From Coriobacteriaceae bacterium (GTDB lineage Bacteria; Actinomycetota; Coriobacteriia; Coriobacteriales; Coriobacteriaceae), in the NCBI GenBank assembly GCA_025992755.1, contig DAJPGF010000001.1:442308-506307 (forward strand): a stretch of 64,000 nucleotides of DNA, in the 5' to 3' direction. Made by a program: the position numbers and the translations under genes. The notes below the pieces were generated by a model that worked only from the letters and a program-made list of their open reading frames with translations, was not told the origin of the DNA and did not search any database. Numbering within the stretch: the first letter of the stretch is position 1; every line of letters begins with the position of its first letter. Shown piece after piece: positions 51,935 through 63,944 of this stretch.

Positions 51935-52408
51935 ATGGATTCCAAAAGACTTGCCGAGATAGCCGATGTGATGGAGGACCGCGGCCTCACGCGCGTGCGC
52001 GTTGAGGAGCCCGATGGCACCGCGGTCGAACTCGAGCGCGCGAGCGCCGCACAGCCGGTTGCCGTGCCCATGCCCATGCCGAGCGCTATGGCCGCTCCAG
52101 TTGCAGCTCCCACAGTCGCGCCTGCCGCACCGGAGCCCGCCGCGCAGACACCTGCCGCCGCACCGGAGCCCAAGGGCACCGAGGTGACCGCTCCCATGGT
52201 CGGCGTTTTCTATGCTGCCCCGGCGCCGGGCGACGAGCCGTTTGTGCACGTGGGCTCCAAGGTCAAGGCCGGTGAGACCCTCTGCATCATCGAGGCCATG
52301 AAGGTTCTCAACGAGGTGACGGCAGAGGCAGACGGCGAGGTGCTCGAGATCTGCGTGGCCGACGGCGACCTCGTGGAGTTCGGCAGCTGCCTCATGAGGA
52401 TCGGATAG
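51935..52408 (+). CDS. accB: Acetyl-CoA carboxylase biotin carboxyl carrier protein
   Basis: Ala/Pro-rich linker and the biotinylation motif CIIEAMKVLNEV. Confidence 0.92.
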   Translation: MDSKRLAEIADVMEDRGLTRVRVEEPDGTAVELERASAAQPVAVPMPMPSAMAAPVAAPTVAPAAPEPAAQTPAAAPEPKGTEVTAPMVGVFYAAPAPGDEPFVHVGSKVKAGETLCIIEAMKVLNEVTAEADGEVLEICVADGDLVEFGSCLMRIG

Positions 52409-52417
52409 GTGATATCC

Positions 52418-52840
52418 ATGAACAAAGAAGAGCTCAAGAAGCTGTTACCGCATCGCGAGCCGATGCTTTTGCTCGACGAAGCCGAGCTGGTGGGCGACGA
52501 GGCCCACGGCAAGATCACGATTACGGGCGACGAATACTTTTTGCAGGGGCATTTTCCGGGAAACCCGGTGGTCCCCGGCGTGATCCAGTGCGAGATGCTC
52601 GCCCAGAACTGCTGCGTGCTGCTGATGGGCGATGAGGAAGCGCGCGGCGCGACGCCGTTCTACACGAGTCTGGACAAGGTGCGCTTTAAGCGTCCGTTGC
52701 GCCCGGGCGATACGGTTGATCTGGTGTGCTCCATCACGCGTGCGCGCGGGCCGTTCCGCTTTGCGACGGGTACTGCAAGCGTCAACGGTGAGGTCTGTTG
52801 CCGCGCCGACATGTCTTTTGCACTCATGCACGAAAGTTAA
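52418..52840 (+). CDS. fabZ: 3-hydroxyacyl-ACP dehydratase
   Basis: LPHREPMLLLDE...GHFPGNPVVPGV, a hot-dog fold signature. ATG 52418 is preferred to GTG 52409. Confidence 0.9.
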   Translation: MNKEELKKLLPHREPMLLLDEAELVGDEAHGKITITGDEYFLQGHFPGNPVVPGVIQCEMLAQNCCVLLMGDEEARGATPFYTSLDKVRFKRPLRPGDTVDLVCSITRARGPFRFATGTASVNGEVCCRADMSFALMHES

Positions 52841-52850
52841 GGAAGGCTTC

Positions 52851-54180
<1,330 letters not shown>

Positions 54181-54194
<14 letters not shown>

Positions 54195-55905
54195 AAAAGC
54201 GAAGACGGTCAACGTCCTCGAGGGACCGATGACCGAGTCGTGCGCCGAGTTTCCCGCGCGCCACGTGTTTATCAAGTGCCCGGAGTGCCGCCGCGTGATC
54301 GATGAGGCGCGCCTGCACGACAACCTCGAGGTCTGCCCTCGTTGCGGCAAACACTTTCGCGTGAGCGGGCGCGACCGCATGCGCATGACGATTGACGAGG
54401 GCACGTTTGAGGAATGGGATGCCAGTCTGGCGCCGGAGGACTTCCTTTCGTTTCCCGGCTATGCCGACAAGCTCAAGAGCGTGAGCGAACGTTCGGGCGA
54501 GCGCGATGCCGTTGTGTGCGGCAAGGGCAAAATCTGCGGTTGCGATACGGCGCTCTTCTTTATGGACGCCAACTTTATGATGGGCTCGATGGGTTCCGTG
54601 GTGGGAGAGAAGATCTGTCGCACATTTGAGCGAGCGACCGAGCTTGGATTGCCAGTTGTCGGCTTTACCGTTTCGGGCGGTGCGCGCATGCAAGAGGGCG
54701 TGACATCGCTTATGCAGATGGCCAAGATTTCTGCGGCGGTTAGGCGCCATAGCGAGGCGGGCGGCCTGTATATCACGGTGCTCACTGACCCCACGACCGG
54801 AGGCGTAACCGCGAGCTTTGCCATGGAGGGCGATATTATCCTGGCCGAGCCCGATGCCCTGACGGCATTTACCGGCCCGCGCGTGATCGAGCAGAACATG
54901 CACAAGCGCCTGCCCAAGGGATTCCAGCGCTCCGAGTTTTTGCTGGAGCACGGCTTTTGCGATGCCGTTGTTCCGCGTGGCGAGATTGCGCTCACGGTAG
55001 GCGAGCTGCTGGCACTGCACGAAGGGCACGCGCCCGGCCTGGGGGCACCGCATGAGATCGTGCATACGGGTCGTCGCGGCAAAAAGCTGGGACACTTGTT
55101 CAAGCGCTCGACCGCACCAAAAACCGCGCTCGAGATTGTCAAGCAGACCCGCTCGGCAGATCGCGCCACGGCGGGCGAGATGATCTCGCTGGGCCTGGAT
55201 GGATTTGTGGAGCTGCATGGCGACCGTTACTTTGGCGACGACGCCGCCGTGGTGGCTGGCATTGGCTGGAAAGACGGGCGACCCGTGACGGTTATCGCCG
55301 TCGAGCGCGGTACCACGACCAAAGAGCGCATGCGTCGCAACTTTGGTATGGCACATCCCGAGGGCTACCGCAAAGCGCGTCGCCTTATGCGCCAGGCCGA
55401 AAAGTTTGGTCGACCGGTTCTGTGTCTGGTCGATACTTCGGGCGCGTTTTGCGGCATCGGTGCCGAGGAGCGCGGCCAGGGCGAGGCGATTGCCCAGAAT
55501 CTCATGGAGATGAGCGGCCTCAAGACGCCGATTGTCTCGGTGGTGACAGGCGAGGGCGGCTCTGGTGGCGCGCTGGCGCTGTCCGTGGCCGACCGCATCC
55601 TGATGCTCTCGAGCTCGGCCTATTCGGTCGTGAGCCCCGAGGCCTGTGCGTCGATCCTGTGGAAGGATACCGAGCGCGCGAATGAGGCCGCCGAGGCGCT
55701 TAAGCTCACGGCCCCCGATCTGTTGGCGCTCGGCATCATCGACGGCATTGTTGACGATAGGGGCCTGTCGCATGAGGAGATCGCCGGTGCCGTCATGTCC
55801 TCGGCATTTGATGCCTTCGATACGCTTGGGCAGCTCGACGACGCGACCCTCACAAACCTCCGCTACGAAAAGTACCGCGCAATCGGTCGATACCGCACGA
55901 TGTGA
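54181..55905 (+). CDS. accD: Acetyl-CoA carboxylase carboxyltransferase, fused beta (AccD) + alpha (AccA) subunits
   Basis: N-terminal Zn-ribbon CPECRRVIDEARLHDNLEVCPRCGKHFR and GGARMQEG (AccD). The C-terminal half has VDTSGAFCGIGAEERGQGEAIAQNL and GEGGSGGALAL (AccA). Single 574-aa ORF. Confidence 0.9.
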
Positions 55906-55945
55906 CAAAGGGACAGCCCGCATGTCATATTGGGAAAGGCATTCC

Positions 55946-57160
55946 ATGCTACAAGTTTCTAACACCTCGTTTACAACGTCGGTTTCATCAAACGCCATGG
56001 CCGTGGTGGACTATCTGTCCAAAAGCATGATGTCGGCGCTGCCGTTTATTGTCTGCGCGGCGTTGTTCCGCACCGTCGCTGTCATTATGGGCGAAGGCAT
56101 GCTGGGCCTGTGGTCTGCCGATTCCGATATCTATCGCCTGTTCTACAGTTGGCTCTATAACGCCGGCTACTACTTTTTGCCCATTTATCTTGGTTGGGCG
56201 GCCGCCCGCCAGCTCGGTTGCTCGGAGCAGCTGGGCATGATGCTGGGCGGCGTATTGATTGCACCCGATTTACTCAAGCTTGTCGATGCCGCATCGACGA
56301 CGGGGGCATCGATGACTTCCGTGTATGGTCTGCTTCCTGCGCCGGTCAACGATTACACGACGACTGTTATTCCGGTTCTCATCTCGGTGCCCGTGCTATG
56401 GCGAGTGGAGTGTTTCTTTAAGCGCGTTATCCCTAAGGCCGTGGCGTTTTCGTTCGTTCCGTTTGCGACCATGCTTGTCATGGTTCCGGTTTCGCTGTGT
56501 ATTACGGCGCCGGCGGGCAGCTGTCTGGGCATGCTGTTGGGCCAGCTTATGTTTATGCTTGGCAATTCCGGTGGCATCGTGTCGCTGCTCACGCTCATGG
56601 GGCTTGCTGCGGGCTGGGAGTTCCTAAAGATCGCCGGCGTCAGCAACGTTGTCCTATCGCTCGCCTATGCGCAGTTTATGAGTGTGGGAACGGATTCGTG
56701 CATCCTGATCGCCGCGACGATGGCAACGTTCGCCGTTTGGGGCATGCCCTTTGGCGCGTCGCTTCGCGTTGCGGATAAGGACGAGAAGGCGCTCATGCTG
56801 GGCTATTCAATCTCGGGTGTTCTTGGCGGCGTAAGCGAGCCGGCGCTGTACGGTTGCGGCTTTAAATATGGCAGGTGCCTGACGTGCATGGCCATTGGCG
56901 GCGCCGTCGGAGGCCTTGTTGCGGCCGTGGGCCACGTTACGGCCTATACCATCGGCATGACGAATGTCCTTATGGTCATTGGCTTTGCCACGGGCGGTAT
57001 CTCGAACCTGCTGTGGTGCTGCGCTGCCGGCGGTGTGGCATTTGCGGTGTCTGCGGCGCTGAGCTACTGCTTTGGCGTGGTGCCGGCGAAGGGACAGACG
57101 ACGGGGGACGGAGCCGATTCACCCGAAACCTCGAAGAGCGTGGCCGAAGTAAGCGCGTAA
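55946..57160 (+). CDS. PTS EIIC-domain permease (Glc/Bgl superfamily-like) without recognisable EIIB/EIIA
   Basis: Polytopic protein with ...AGYYFLPIYLGWAAARQLGCSEQLGMMLGGVLIAPDL... The start is uncertain: 55922, 55946 (after GGGAAAGG) or 55997. The track start 55646 overlaps accDA. Confidence 0.6.
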   Translation: MLQVSNTSFTTSVSSNAMAVVDYLSKSMMSALPFIVCAALFRTVAVIMGEGMLGLWSADSDIYRLFYSWLYNAGYYFLPIYLGWAAARQLGCSEQLGMMLGGVLIAPDLLKLVDAASTTGASMTSVYGLLPAPVNDYTTTVIPVLISVPVLWRVECFFKRVIPKAVAFSFVPFATMLVMVPVSLCITAPAGSCLGMLLGQLMFMLGNSGGIVSLLTLMGLAAGWEFLKIAGVSNVVLSLAYAQFMSVGTDSCILIAATMATFAVWGMPFGASLRVADKDEKALMLGYSISGVLGGVSEPALYGCGFKYGRCLTCMAIGGAVGGLVAAVGHVTAYTIGMTNVLMVIGFATGGISNLLWCCAAGGVAFAVSAALSYCFGVVPAKGQTTGDGADSPETSKSVAEVSA

Positions 57161-57198
57161 ACCTGTGCGACACAAGGACGATTCCTTTGCCATATTCC

Positions 57199-57233
57199 AA
57201 GGCCGTGGCCCGTGTGGGTTGCGGCCTTTTTTG
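57199..57233 (+). terminator. Intrinsic terminator after the EIIC-like gene
   Basis: Stem aaggccg / cggcctt, followed by tttttt. Confidence 0.55.
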
Positions 57234-57311
57234 TATCTGGGGGACAAAGTGGCTACACTACAATCCGTTTGAGCAATAGATATATAGGTAGTACCGTGGG
57301 GGCGGATGTAG

Positions 57312-58466
57312 ATGGTCGAGTGGATTGTTAAGCGTGCGCAGGGCGACCGTGCGCGCGTGGGCACGTTGACGGGCGTGGTGTGTATTCTCGCTAATGTTGC
57401 GCTTTGTGCTGCGAAGGGCGCAATTGGTGTGCTGTCGGGATCGGTTTCGATTGTGGCGGATGCCATGAACAACCTGTCCGATGCCAGCTCGAATATCGTG
57501 AGCGTGCTGGGCTTTAAGCTGGCGAGCAAGCCGGCCGACCCCGAGCATCCTTACGGCCACGGTCGCTACGAGTATCTCTCGGGTTTGGTCGTGGCGGCGC
57601 TCGTGCTGCTTATTGGCATCGAACTGGTGAAGTCCTCGGTGGAGCGTATTGTCAACCCGGAGCCTGTCGAGTTCTCGCTTGCCCTGGTGGCAGTCCTGGC
57701 GCTTTCGATGGTTGTTAAGCTGTGGATGGCGGCGCTCAACCAAAAGCTCGGCGACCGTATCGAGTCCGAGACACTGCATGCGACTGCCCAGGATTCCAAG
57801 AACGATGTTCTTGCCACAGGCGCCGTGCTGGCATGTGCAATTGTTTCGCAGGTGACGCACATCAATCTTGACGCATGGGTTGGCCTTGCCGTTGGCGCCT
57901 ATATTGGCTGGAGCGGCTTTGAACTTATTCAAGATACGGTGAGCCCGCTTTTGGGTCAGTCGCCCGATCCTAAGCTGGTCAAGCACATTCGAGACAAGAT
58001 CATGAGCTATCCCGGCGTTTTGGGAGTTCACGATTTGATGGTTCACGACTACGGCCCGGGCAGGAAGTTCGCAAGCGCTCACGCCGAGATGGCAGCCGAG
58101 GCCAGCCCGCTGGAAAGTCACGACACGCTCGATAACATCGAGCAGGCGTTTAGGAACGAAGACGGCATGATTGTCACGCTCCATTACGACCCCATCGTGA
58201 CCGACGATCCAAAGGTGGTGAGCATGCGTCTGCGCATCAATGCCATGGCCCAGGAGATCGATGGTCGCCTCTCGATCCACGACCTACGCTGTGTTCCGGG
58301 CCCCACGCACACCAACGTGATCTTTGACTGCGTGCGTCCCTCAGATCTGCAGATGAGTGCCGAAGACGTAAAGCACGCGCTGGCACAACGAGTCGAATCG
58401 GAATACCCCAAGTCGATTGCCAAGATTACGATCGACGAAGACTACGTAGGCCATACCCACGAGTAG
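57312..58466 (+). CDS. Cation diffusion facilitator (CDF) family metal efflux transporter
   Basis: SVSIVADAMNNLSDASS...ADPEHPYGHGRYEYLSGL..., plus a C-terminal cytoplasmic domain (HDLMVHDYGPGR). Confidence 0.88.
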   Translation: MVEWIVKRAQGDRARVGTLTGVVCILANVALCAAKGAIGVLSGSVSIVADAMNNLSDASSNIVSVLGFKLASKPADPEHPYGHGRYEYLSGLVVAALVLLIGIELVKSSVERIVNPEPVEFSLALVAVLALSMVVKLWMAALNQKLGDRIESETLHATAQDSKNDVLATGAVLACAIVSQVTHINLDAWVGLAVGAYIGWSGFELIQDTVSPLLGQSPDPKLVKHIRDKIMSYPGVLGVHDLMVHDYGPGRKFASAHAEMAAEASPLESHDTLDNIEQAFRNEDGMIVTLHYDPIVTDDPKVVSMRLRINAMAQEIDGRLSIHDLRCVPGPTHTNVIFDCVRPSDLQMSAEDVKHALAQRVESEYPKSIAKITIDEDYVGHTHE

Positions 58467-58505
58467 GGTTGCGCCTGCAAAGCAAGTTATACAGAAGGGG
58501 AGAAT

Positions 58506-59132
58506 ATGAAGCGTCTATATCTACTCCGCCACGGCCAGACAGAATTCAACGTTAAAAAGCTCGTCCAGGGTCGCTGCGATTCACCGCTCACCGATTTGGG
58601 CCGTCAGCAAGCCGGGATGGCAGCCGCATGGCTCAAAGCCCACAATGTCGTTCCTGACAAGGTGGTCTCTTCGCCCTTAGGCCGAGCCATGGACACCGCT
58701 AGTCTCGTTGCATGCGAGCTCCTCGGCCCGGACGCAGCAGTCGAGCCCTGCGAAGGCATCATCGAGCGCTGCTACGGCACCTTCGAAGAGGGCCCACACG
58801 ACGCGCTACCCACCGACGTCTGGGATCCGGGCGAGGATCTGGTCCCCTTCGGAGGAGAAGGAAGCCGCGCACTGCAAGAACGCATGGTAGGCGCCCTCAC
58901 CAATCTCATGGGCTCCGAGGGCATCGAAACCCTCCTAGCAGTAAGCCACGGCAGCGCCAGCCGCCAATTTATCAAGGCTGCAGCCCCAGAGGGCTTCGAG
59001 CTCCCAACAAAACTCCCCAACTGCGCCATCATGATCTTCAATTTCGACGAAGAAGATTTGCAAGGAGAGAGCGACAGGCCCCAATGCAAGTTCACCCTCC
59101 AGCAAATAGTGGACCCTCAACAAAGTCATTAG
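58506..59132 (+). CDS. Histidine phosphatase family protein (phosphoglycerate-mutase-like)
   Basis: The LYLLRHGQTEFN catalytic RHG motif, and a later SHG. Confidence 0.85.
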   Translation: MKRLYLLRHGQTEFNVKKLVQGRCDSPLTDLGRQQAGMAAAWLKAHNVVPDKVVSSPLGRAMDTASLVACELLGPDAAVEPCEGIIERCYGTFEEGPHDALPTDVWDPGEDLVPFGGEGSRALQERMVGALTNLMGSEGIETLLAVSHGSASRQFIKAAAPEGFELPTKLPNCAIMIFNFDEEDLQGESDRPQCKFTLQQIVDPQQSH

Positions 59133-59242
59133 CCTGAGCGAGCAAGGTTTAGCAGACATCAACGTGGCGTCCCCTCCGCCGCACACTGGGAACGTGCCAC
59201 GCACTTTACCTGCGTAAACAATGTGAGTGAAATATGAATCTC

Positions 59243-59270
59243 GATGGATACGCCCGCAGCCGTGTATACT
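59243..59270 (+). promoter_or_regulatory. Copy of the recurrent GGATAYNCCCG...TG motif upstream of rplC
   Basis: gatggatacgcccgcagccgtgtatact matches 61108-61136 at about 24/28 positions. Confidence 0.3.
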
Positions 59271-59462
59271 AAACAGCTGTGTGAAACCAGGGGAGTATTC
59301 TGGCTGGACAAAATGCCTGCTTAATAGGGTTGTCAGGTAGTCCGGGCGAAATACAAGGCTGGGGAGCACGTCGTGTAAGTAGTGGTCCTCTAGGGGCGTA
59401 CGCTCGGTGGTGTACGCATTGTCCCAAGACCACGCGAGAGTTGGGATCATATCTTGATCAGC

Positions 59463-60074
59463 ATGATTCTCGGCCGCAAGATTGGCATGACCCAGGTTTG
59501 GGACGAGGACGACAACGTCGTTCCCGTCACGGTCATCCAGGCTGGCCCCTGCGCTGTCTCGCAGGTTAAAACTCAGGCAACCGACGGCTATGACGCCGTC
59601 CAGATCGGTTTCGGCGACATCAAGGCCAAGAACGTGAACAAGCCCATGGCTGGTCACTTCGCCAAGGCTGGCGTCGAGCCTGTCCGCTTCCTTCGTGAGG
59701 TCCGCGTCGAGAACGGCGAGGAGCACAAGGTCGGCGAGGTCGTCACCGTCGCTGATTTCGCTGATGTCGAGAAGGTCGACGTCATCGGTACCTCCAAGGG
59801 TAAGGGCTTCCAGGGTCGCATCAAGCGCTGGGGTCAGCGCCGCGGTCCTATGACGCATGGTTCTCACTTCCAGCGTCACCCCGGTTCTATCGGTCAGTGC
59901 GCCTATCCTGCGCGCGTCCTCAAGGGCGTCAAGATGGCCGGTCACATGGGTAACGAGCGCGTTACCGTCAAGAACCTTTCCGTTGTCCGCATCGATGCCG
60001 AGCAGAACCTCATCTTGGTCAAGGGCGCTGTCCCGGGTGCCAAGAATGGTCTCGTCGCCATCCGTATGGCCTAA
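59463..60074 (+). CDS. rplC: 50S ribosomal protein L3
   Basis: [30 protein letters not shown]...[16 protein letters not shown] 59463 is preferred to the track TTG 59454. Confidence 0.96.
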   Translation: MILGRKIGMTQVWDEDDNVVPVTVIQAGPCAVSQVKTQATDGYDAVQIGFGDIKAKNVNKPMAGHFAKAGVEPVRFLREVRVENGEEHKVGEVVTVADFADVEKVDVIGTSKGKGFQGRIKRWGQRRGPMTHGSHFQRHPGSIGQCAYPARVLKGVKMAGHMGNERVTVKNLSVVRIDAEQNLILVKGAVPGAKNGLVAIRMA

Positions 60075-60120
60075 GGGCCCAGCCCATTTAGCCCAGCGTC
60101 ATACCAAGGAGAACACTTAA

Positions 60121-60747
60121 ATGGCAAAGTTTGAAGTAAAGAACAGCGAGGGCAAGAAGGTCGCCGAGGCCGAGCTCGCCGCTGAGGTGTACGGCATCGA
60201 GCCGAACATCCACGTTATGCACCACATCGTCAAGTGCCAGATGGCCTCTTGGCGTCAGGGCACCCAGTCTGCTAAGGGTCGCTCTGAGGTTTCCGGTGGC
60301 GGCAAGAAGCCTTGGCGTCAGAAGGGCACCGGCCGTGCCCGCCAGGGTTCCATCCGTGCTGCCCAGTGGCGTCACGGTGGCGTTGTCTTCGCCCCCAAGC
60401 CCCGTTCCTATGCTAAGCGTATGAACAACAAGGAGGTCAAGCTGGCTATGCGCTCCGCGCTGTCCGCCAAGCTGGCCGATGGCGAGCTCGTGCTCGTCGA
60501 CGACTACGGCTTCGAGAAGCCTTCCACCAAGGCTGCCGTCGCCATGCTCAAGGCTCTCGGTCTTGAGGGCAAGCGTCTGACCATCATCGTTCGCGATGAG
60601 GACGTCAACGCCTACCTGTCGTTCCGCAACATTCCCAAGACGTTCATCATCACCGCTGACGAGGCCAACACCTACGATCTCGTCAACAACAACGCTGTGC
60701 TGATGCCCGCCGACATCGCCGCTCACTTCGGGGAGGTGCTTGCATAA
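60121..60747 (+). CDS. rplD: 50S ribosomal protein L4
   Basis: ...GGGKKPWRQKGTGRARQGSIRAAQWRHGGVVFAPKPR... Confidence 0.96.
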   Translation: MAKFEVKNSEGKKVAEAELAAEVYGIEPNIHVMHHIVKCQMASWRQGTQSAKGRSEVSGGGKKPWRQKGTGRARQGSIRAAQWRHGGVVFAPKPRSYAKRMNNKEVKLAMRSALSAKLADGELVLVDDYGFEKPSTKAAVAMLKALGLEGKRLTIIVRDEDVNAYLSFRNIPKTFIITADEANTYDLVNNNAVLMPADIAAHFGEVLA

Positions 60748-61035
60748 ATGACCGCCCACGAGATCATCATCCGTCCGATCGTGTCCGAGCGTTCCTTCTC
60801 CGGCATGGAGCTGAACAAGTACACGTTCGAGGTCGCCAAGGATGCTAACAAGTATCAGATCAAGGACGCTGTCGAGGAGATCTTCGGCGTCAAGGTCGTT
60901 CGCGTGAACACCCTGACGGTCAAGCCCAAGACCAAGCGCGTGCGCTATGTCGCCGGCAAGACCCGTTCTTGGAAGAAGGCCATCGTCACGCTGGCCGAGG
61001 GCGACACCATCGAGGTCTTTGGCAACCAGGCCTAA
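60748..61035 (+). CDS. rplW: 50S ribosomal protein L23
   Basis: IIRPIVSERSFSGMELNKYTFEVAKDANKYQIKDAVEEIFGVKV. The ATG directly abuts the rplD stop. Confidence 0.95.
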   Translation: MTAHEIIIRPIVSERSFSGMELNKYTFEVAKDANKYQIKDAVEEIFGVKVVRVNTLTVKPKTKRVRYVAGKTRSWKKAIVTLAEGDTIEVFGNQA

Positions 61036-61053
61036 GACTCGCTGCTGTTGAGT

Positions 61054-61097
61054 GAGCTCATGCCTCCCAAATAGGGGAGGCGAGAGCTCAAGGTTTT
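61054..61097 (+). terminator. Terminator-like hairpin in the unusual rplW-rplB spacer
   Basis: gagctc-at-gcctccc aaata gggaggc-ga-gagctc (61054-61089), followed by aaggtttt. The T-tract is short. Confidence 0.35.
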
Positions 61098-61107
61098 GGG
61101 CGTATAA

Positions 61108-61136
61108 AATGGACACGCCCGGAACCGTGTATACGT
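61108..61136 (+). promoter_or_regulatory. Copy of the recurrent GGATAYNCCCG...TG motif upstream of rplB
   Basis: aatggacacgcccggaaccgtgtatacgt. Confidence 0.3.
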
Positions 61137-61214
61137 CCGGTGTCATCGCACCCGAGGCAGAACCTCGAATCCCTGTCTGCGATGGCTAACGGATTCCTAT
61201 TGAAAGGGATTGTA

Positions 61215-62045
61215 ATGGCTGTAAAGCACCTTAAGCCGACCTCCGCTGGTAGGCGTTGGCAGACGATCTCCGATTTCTCCGAGATCACCTGCACCAAGCC
61301 CGAGAAGTCTCTTCTCGAGCCCCTGCCCAAGAAGGCCGGTCGTAACAACAACGGCCGCATCACCACCCGCCACCAGGGCGGCGGCGTGAAGCGTCGTTAC
61401 CGCGTGATCGACTTCAAGCGCAACAAGGACGGCGTGCCCGCCAAGGTTGCCACGATCGAGTACGATCCGAACCGTTCCGCTCGCATCGCTCTGCTGCACT
61501 ACGCTGACGGTGAGAAGCGCTACATCCTGGCCCCCAAGGGCCTCGAGGTCGGTCAGACCATCATGTCCGGTTCTGACGCCGACATCAAGCCGGGCAACGC
61601 TCTGCCCCTCGCCGACATTCCCGTCGGTACGCTCATCCACGCCGTCGAGTTCCAGCCGGGCAAGGGCGCTGCTATCGCCCGTTCCGCCGGTAACTCCTGC
61701 CAGCTGATGGGTAAGGAGGGCAAGTACGCTATCGTCCGTATGCCTTCCTCCGAGATGCGTCGCATCCTCGTTACCTGCCGCGCCACCGTCGGTGAGGTCG
61801 GCAACGCCGATCACTCCAACATCGTCATCGGAAAGGCCGGCCGTAAGCGTCACATGAACGTGCGCCCGACCGTCCGCGGTACCGTCATGAACCCTGTCGA
61901 CCACCCGCACGGCGGTGGCGAGGGCAAGAACCACACCTCTGGTCGTCCCTCCGTTACCCCCTGGGGTAAGCCGACGAAGGGCCTTCGTACGCGCAAGAAG
62001 AAGAAGGTCTCGAACCAGCACATCATTCGTCGCCGTAAGAAGTAA
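61215..62045 (+). CDS. rplB: 50S ribosomal protein L2
   Basis: [17 protein letters not shown]...[16 protein letters not shown]...[12 protein letters not shown] 61215, not the track start 61140. Confidence 0.96.
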   Translation: MAVKHLKPTSAGRRWQTISDFSEITCTKPEKSLLEPLPKKAGRNNNGRITTRHQGGGVKRRYRVIDFKRNKDGVPAKVATIEYDPNRSARIALLHYADGEKRYILAPKGLEVGQTIMSGSDADIKPGNALPLADIPVGTLIHAVEFQPGKGAAIARSAGNSCQLMGKEGKYAIVRMPSSEMRRILVTCRATVGEVGNADHSNIVIGKAGRKRHMNVRPTVRGTVMNPVDHPHGGGEGKNHTSGRPSVTPWGKPTKGLRTRKKKKVSNQHIIRRRKK

Positions 62046-62077
62046 TTTCGGATACCGAGTTTTAGGAGAAAGCACTT

Positions 62078-62338
62078 ATGAGCAGAAGTCTCAAAAAGGG
62101 CCCGTTCGTGGAGACTCGCCTTCTCTCGCGTATCACCGCGATGAACGAGGCTGGCAAGAAGGACGTCGTGAAGACCTGGTCCCGCGCGTCCACCATCTTC
62201 CCCGAGATGGTTGGTCACACCATCGCCGTCCACGACGGCCGCAAGCATGTGCCCGTGTATGTTACCGAGTCCATGGTTGGTCACAAGCTCGGCGAGTTCG
62301 CGCCGACTCGTACGTTCCGTGGCCACAAGGCCAAATAG
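62078..62338 (+). CDS. rpsS: 30S ribosomal protein S19
   Basis: [16 protein letters not shown]...[19 protein letters not shown]. Confidence 0.96.
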   Translation: MSRSLKKGPFVETRLLSRITAMNEAGKKDVVKTWSRASTIFPEMVGHTIAVHDGRKHVPVYVTESMVGHKLGEFAPTRTFRGHKAK

Positions 62339-62352
62339 GGGGTTAACCGTAA

Positions 62353-62724
62353 ATGGCAACTAAGTCTATTGAAACTGAGGCCACCGAGGTTCGCGCCGTC
62401 GCTAAGTACGTGCGTGTTTCCCCCAGCAAGGCCCGCCTGGTGGTCGATCTGATCCGCCGCAAGCCTGTCGCTCAGGCCTTCGACATCCTCCACTTCTGCG
62501 ACCGCGCCGTCGCCGTGGATGTCGAGAAGGTTCTCCGTTCCGCCGTTGCGAACGCCGAGAACAACAACGGTCTGCGTGCCGACAACCTGGTTGTCGCCGC
62601 TGCCTATGTTGACGAGGGTCCGACGCTTAAGCGCATCCGTCCCCGCGCCAAGGGTTCCGCTTCTCGCATTCTGAAGCGTACTTCCCACATCACCGTCGTC
62701 GTTGCTCCTCGAAAGGAGGCGTAA
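62353..62724 (+). CDS. rplV: 50S ribosomal protein L22
   Basis: ...[29 protein letters not shown]...[29 protein letters not shown]. Confidence 0.95.
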   Translation: MATKSIETEATEVRAVAKYVRVSPSKARLVVDLIRRKPVAQAFDILHFCDRAVAVDVEKVLRSAVANAENNNGLRADNLVVAAAYVDEGPTLKRIRPRAKGSASRILKRTSHITVVVAPRKEA

Positions 62725-62730
62725 AGCTGT

Positions 62731-63441
62731 ATGGGTCAGAAAGTCTACCCCACCGGCTTCCGTCTTGGCATCACCGAGAACTGGCGCTCCCGCTGGTTCG
62801 CAGAGAAGGATTACGCTAAGACCCTCGGTAACGATCTCGAGATTCGTAAGTACCTCGAGAAGCGTCTTTCCCGCGCAGCTGTCTCCCGCGTCGAGATCGA
62901 GCGCGCTGGCGACAAGGTGAAGGTCATCATCCTCACTGCTCGCCCCGGCGTTGTCATCGGTAAGAAGGGTGCCGAGATCGATACCCTCCGTACCGAGCTC
63001 GAGAAGGTCGCTGGCGTCTCCAAGGGCCAGCTCTCCGTCGACGTTGTCGAGATCAAGCGCCCCGAGCTCGACGCCAACCTCGTTGCTCAGTCTATCGCCG
63101 AGCAGCTCGAGGGCCGCGTTGCCTTCCGTCGCGCTATGCGCAAGGCTGTCCAGTCCGCCCGCAAGGCCGGCGCTAAGGGCATCCGTATCCAGTGCTCCGG
63201 TCGTCTCGGCGGTGCCGAGATGGGCCGTCGTGAGTGGTACCGCGAGGGTCGCGTGCCTCTGCACACCCTCCGTGCCAAGATCGACTACGGCACGGCTGTC
63301 GCCAGCACCACCATGGGCGCTTGCGGCGTGAAGGTCTGGATTTACCTGGGCGAGAAGCTCCCGGGCCAGCCTGTTCCCAACCCTGCACTCGAGGGCTCTT
63401 CCCGTCCTCGTCGTCGTAACTCCGAGAGGAGGGGTCAGTAG
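62731..63441 (+). CDS. rpsC: 30S ribosomal protein S3
   Basis: [28 protein letters not shown]...[31 protein letters not shown]. Confidence 0.96.
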   Translation: MGQKVYPTGFRLGITENWRSRWFAEKDYAKTLGNDLEIRKYLEKRLSRAAVSRVEIERAGDKVKVIILTARPGVVIGKKGAEIDTLRTELEKVAGVSKGQLSVDVVEIKRPELDANLVAQSIAEQLEGRVAFRRAMRKAVQSARKAGAKGIRIQCSGRLGGAEMGRREWYREGRVPLHTLRAKIDYGTAVASTTMGACGVKVWIYLGEKLPGQPVPNPALEGSSRPRRRNSERRGQ

Positions 63442-63944
63442 TGCTTGCCCCTAAGCGTATTCTTCACCGCAAGGTGCAGCGTGGCTCCATGAAGGGCCAG
63501 GCCAAGGGTAATACCGAGCTGCATTTCGGCGAGTTTGGTATCCAGGCTCTCGAGGCCCATTGGATCACCAACCGTCAGATCGAGGCCGCTCGTATTGCCA
63601 TGACCCGCTACATGAAGCGTGGCGGTCGTGTCTACATCACGATCTTCCCCGATAAGCCCATCACCAAGAAGCCTGCCGAGACTCGCATGGGTTCTGGTAA
63701 GGGTAACCCCGAGGAGTGGGTGGCCGTCGTCAAGCCCGGCCGCATCATGTTCGAGGTCAAGGGTGTTCCCGAGGAGGTCGCTCGCGAGGCTCTGCGTCTT
63801 GCGCAGCACAAGCTCCCCATCAAGACCAAGATTGTTGCTGCTAAGAACGCTGAGCAGCGCATCGAGAAGGAGATGGCTGAGGAGGCCGCTCTCGAGGCCA
63901 AGTGGGCTGCTGAGGACGCCGCCGCCGCCAAGGAGGAGAACTAA
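63441..63944 (+). CDS. rplP: 50S ribosomal protein L16 (with an Ala/Glu-rich C-terminal tail)
   Basis: (M)[35 protein letters not shown]...[24 protein letters not shown]. The GTG overlaps the rpsC TAG. About 30 extra charged residues follow the usual end. Confidence 0.95.
   Translation: MLAPKRILHRKVQRGSMKGQAKGNTELHFGEFGIQALEAHWITNRQIEAARIAMTRYMKRGGRVYITIFPDKPITKKPAETRMGSGKGNPEEWVAVVKPGRIMFEVKGVPEEVAREALRLAQHKLPIKTKIVAAKNAEQRIEKEMAEEAALEAKWAAEDAAAAKEEN

Noticed and set aside
52632-52850. 5' extension of the accC ORF overlapping fabZ
   Set aside because: The canonical biotin carboxylase N-terminus MFDKVLIANRGE starts at 52851, with GGAAGG upstream.
55646-55921. 5' extension of the EIIC ORF overlapping accDA by about 260 nt
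   Set aside because: The extension is Arg/Ser/Pro-rich, out-of-frame text over the well-supported AccA domain. Credible starts with an RBS lie at 55922-55997.
59243-59270. Reading the recurrent motif as a simple -35/-10 promoter (TGGATA ... TATACT)
   Set aside because: The spacing between TGGATA/TGGACA and TATACT/TATACG is only 14 nt. Copies 1 and 2 lack the TATAC part, and in the rpsL case a separate, better promoter follows the motif. I therefore report it as a motif of unknown function.
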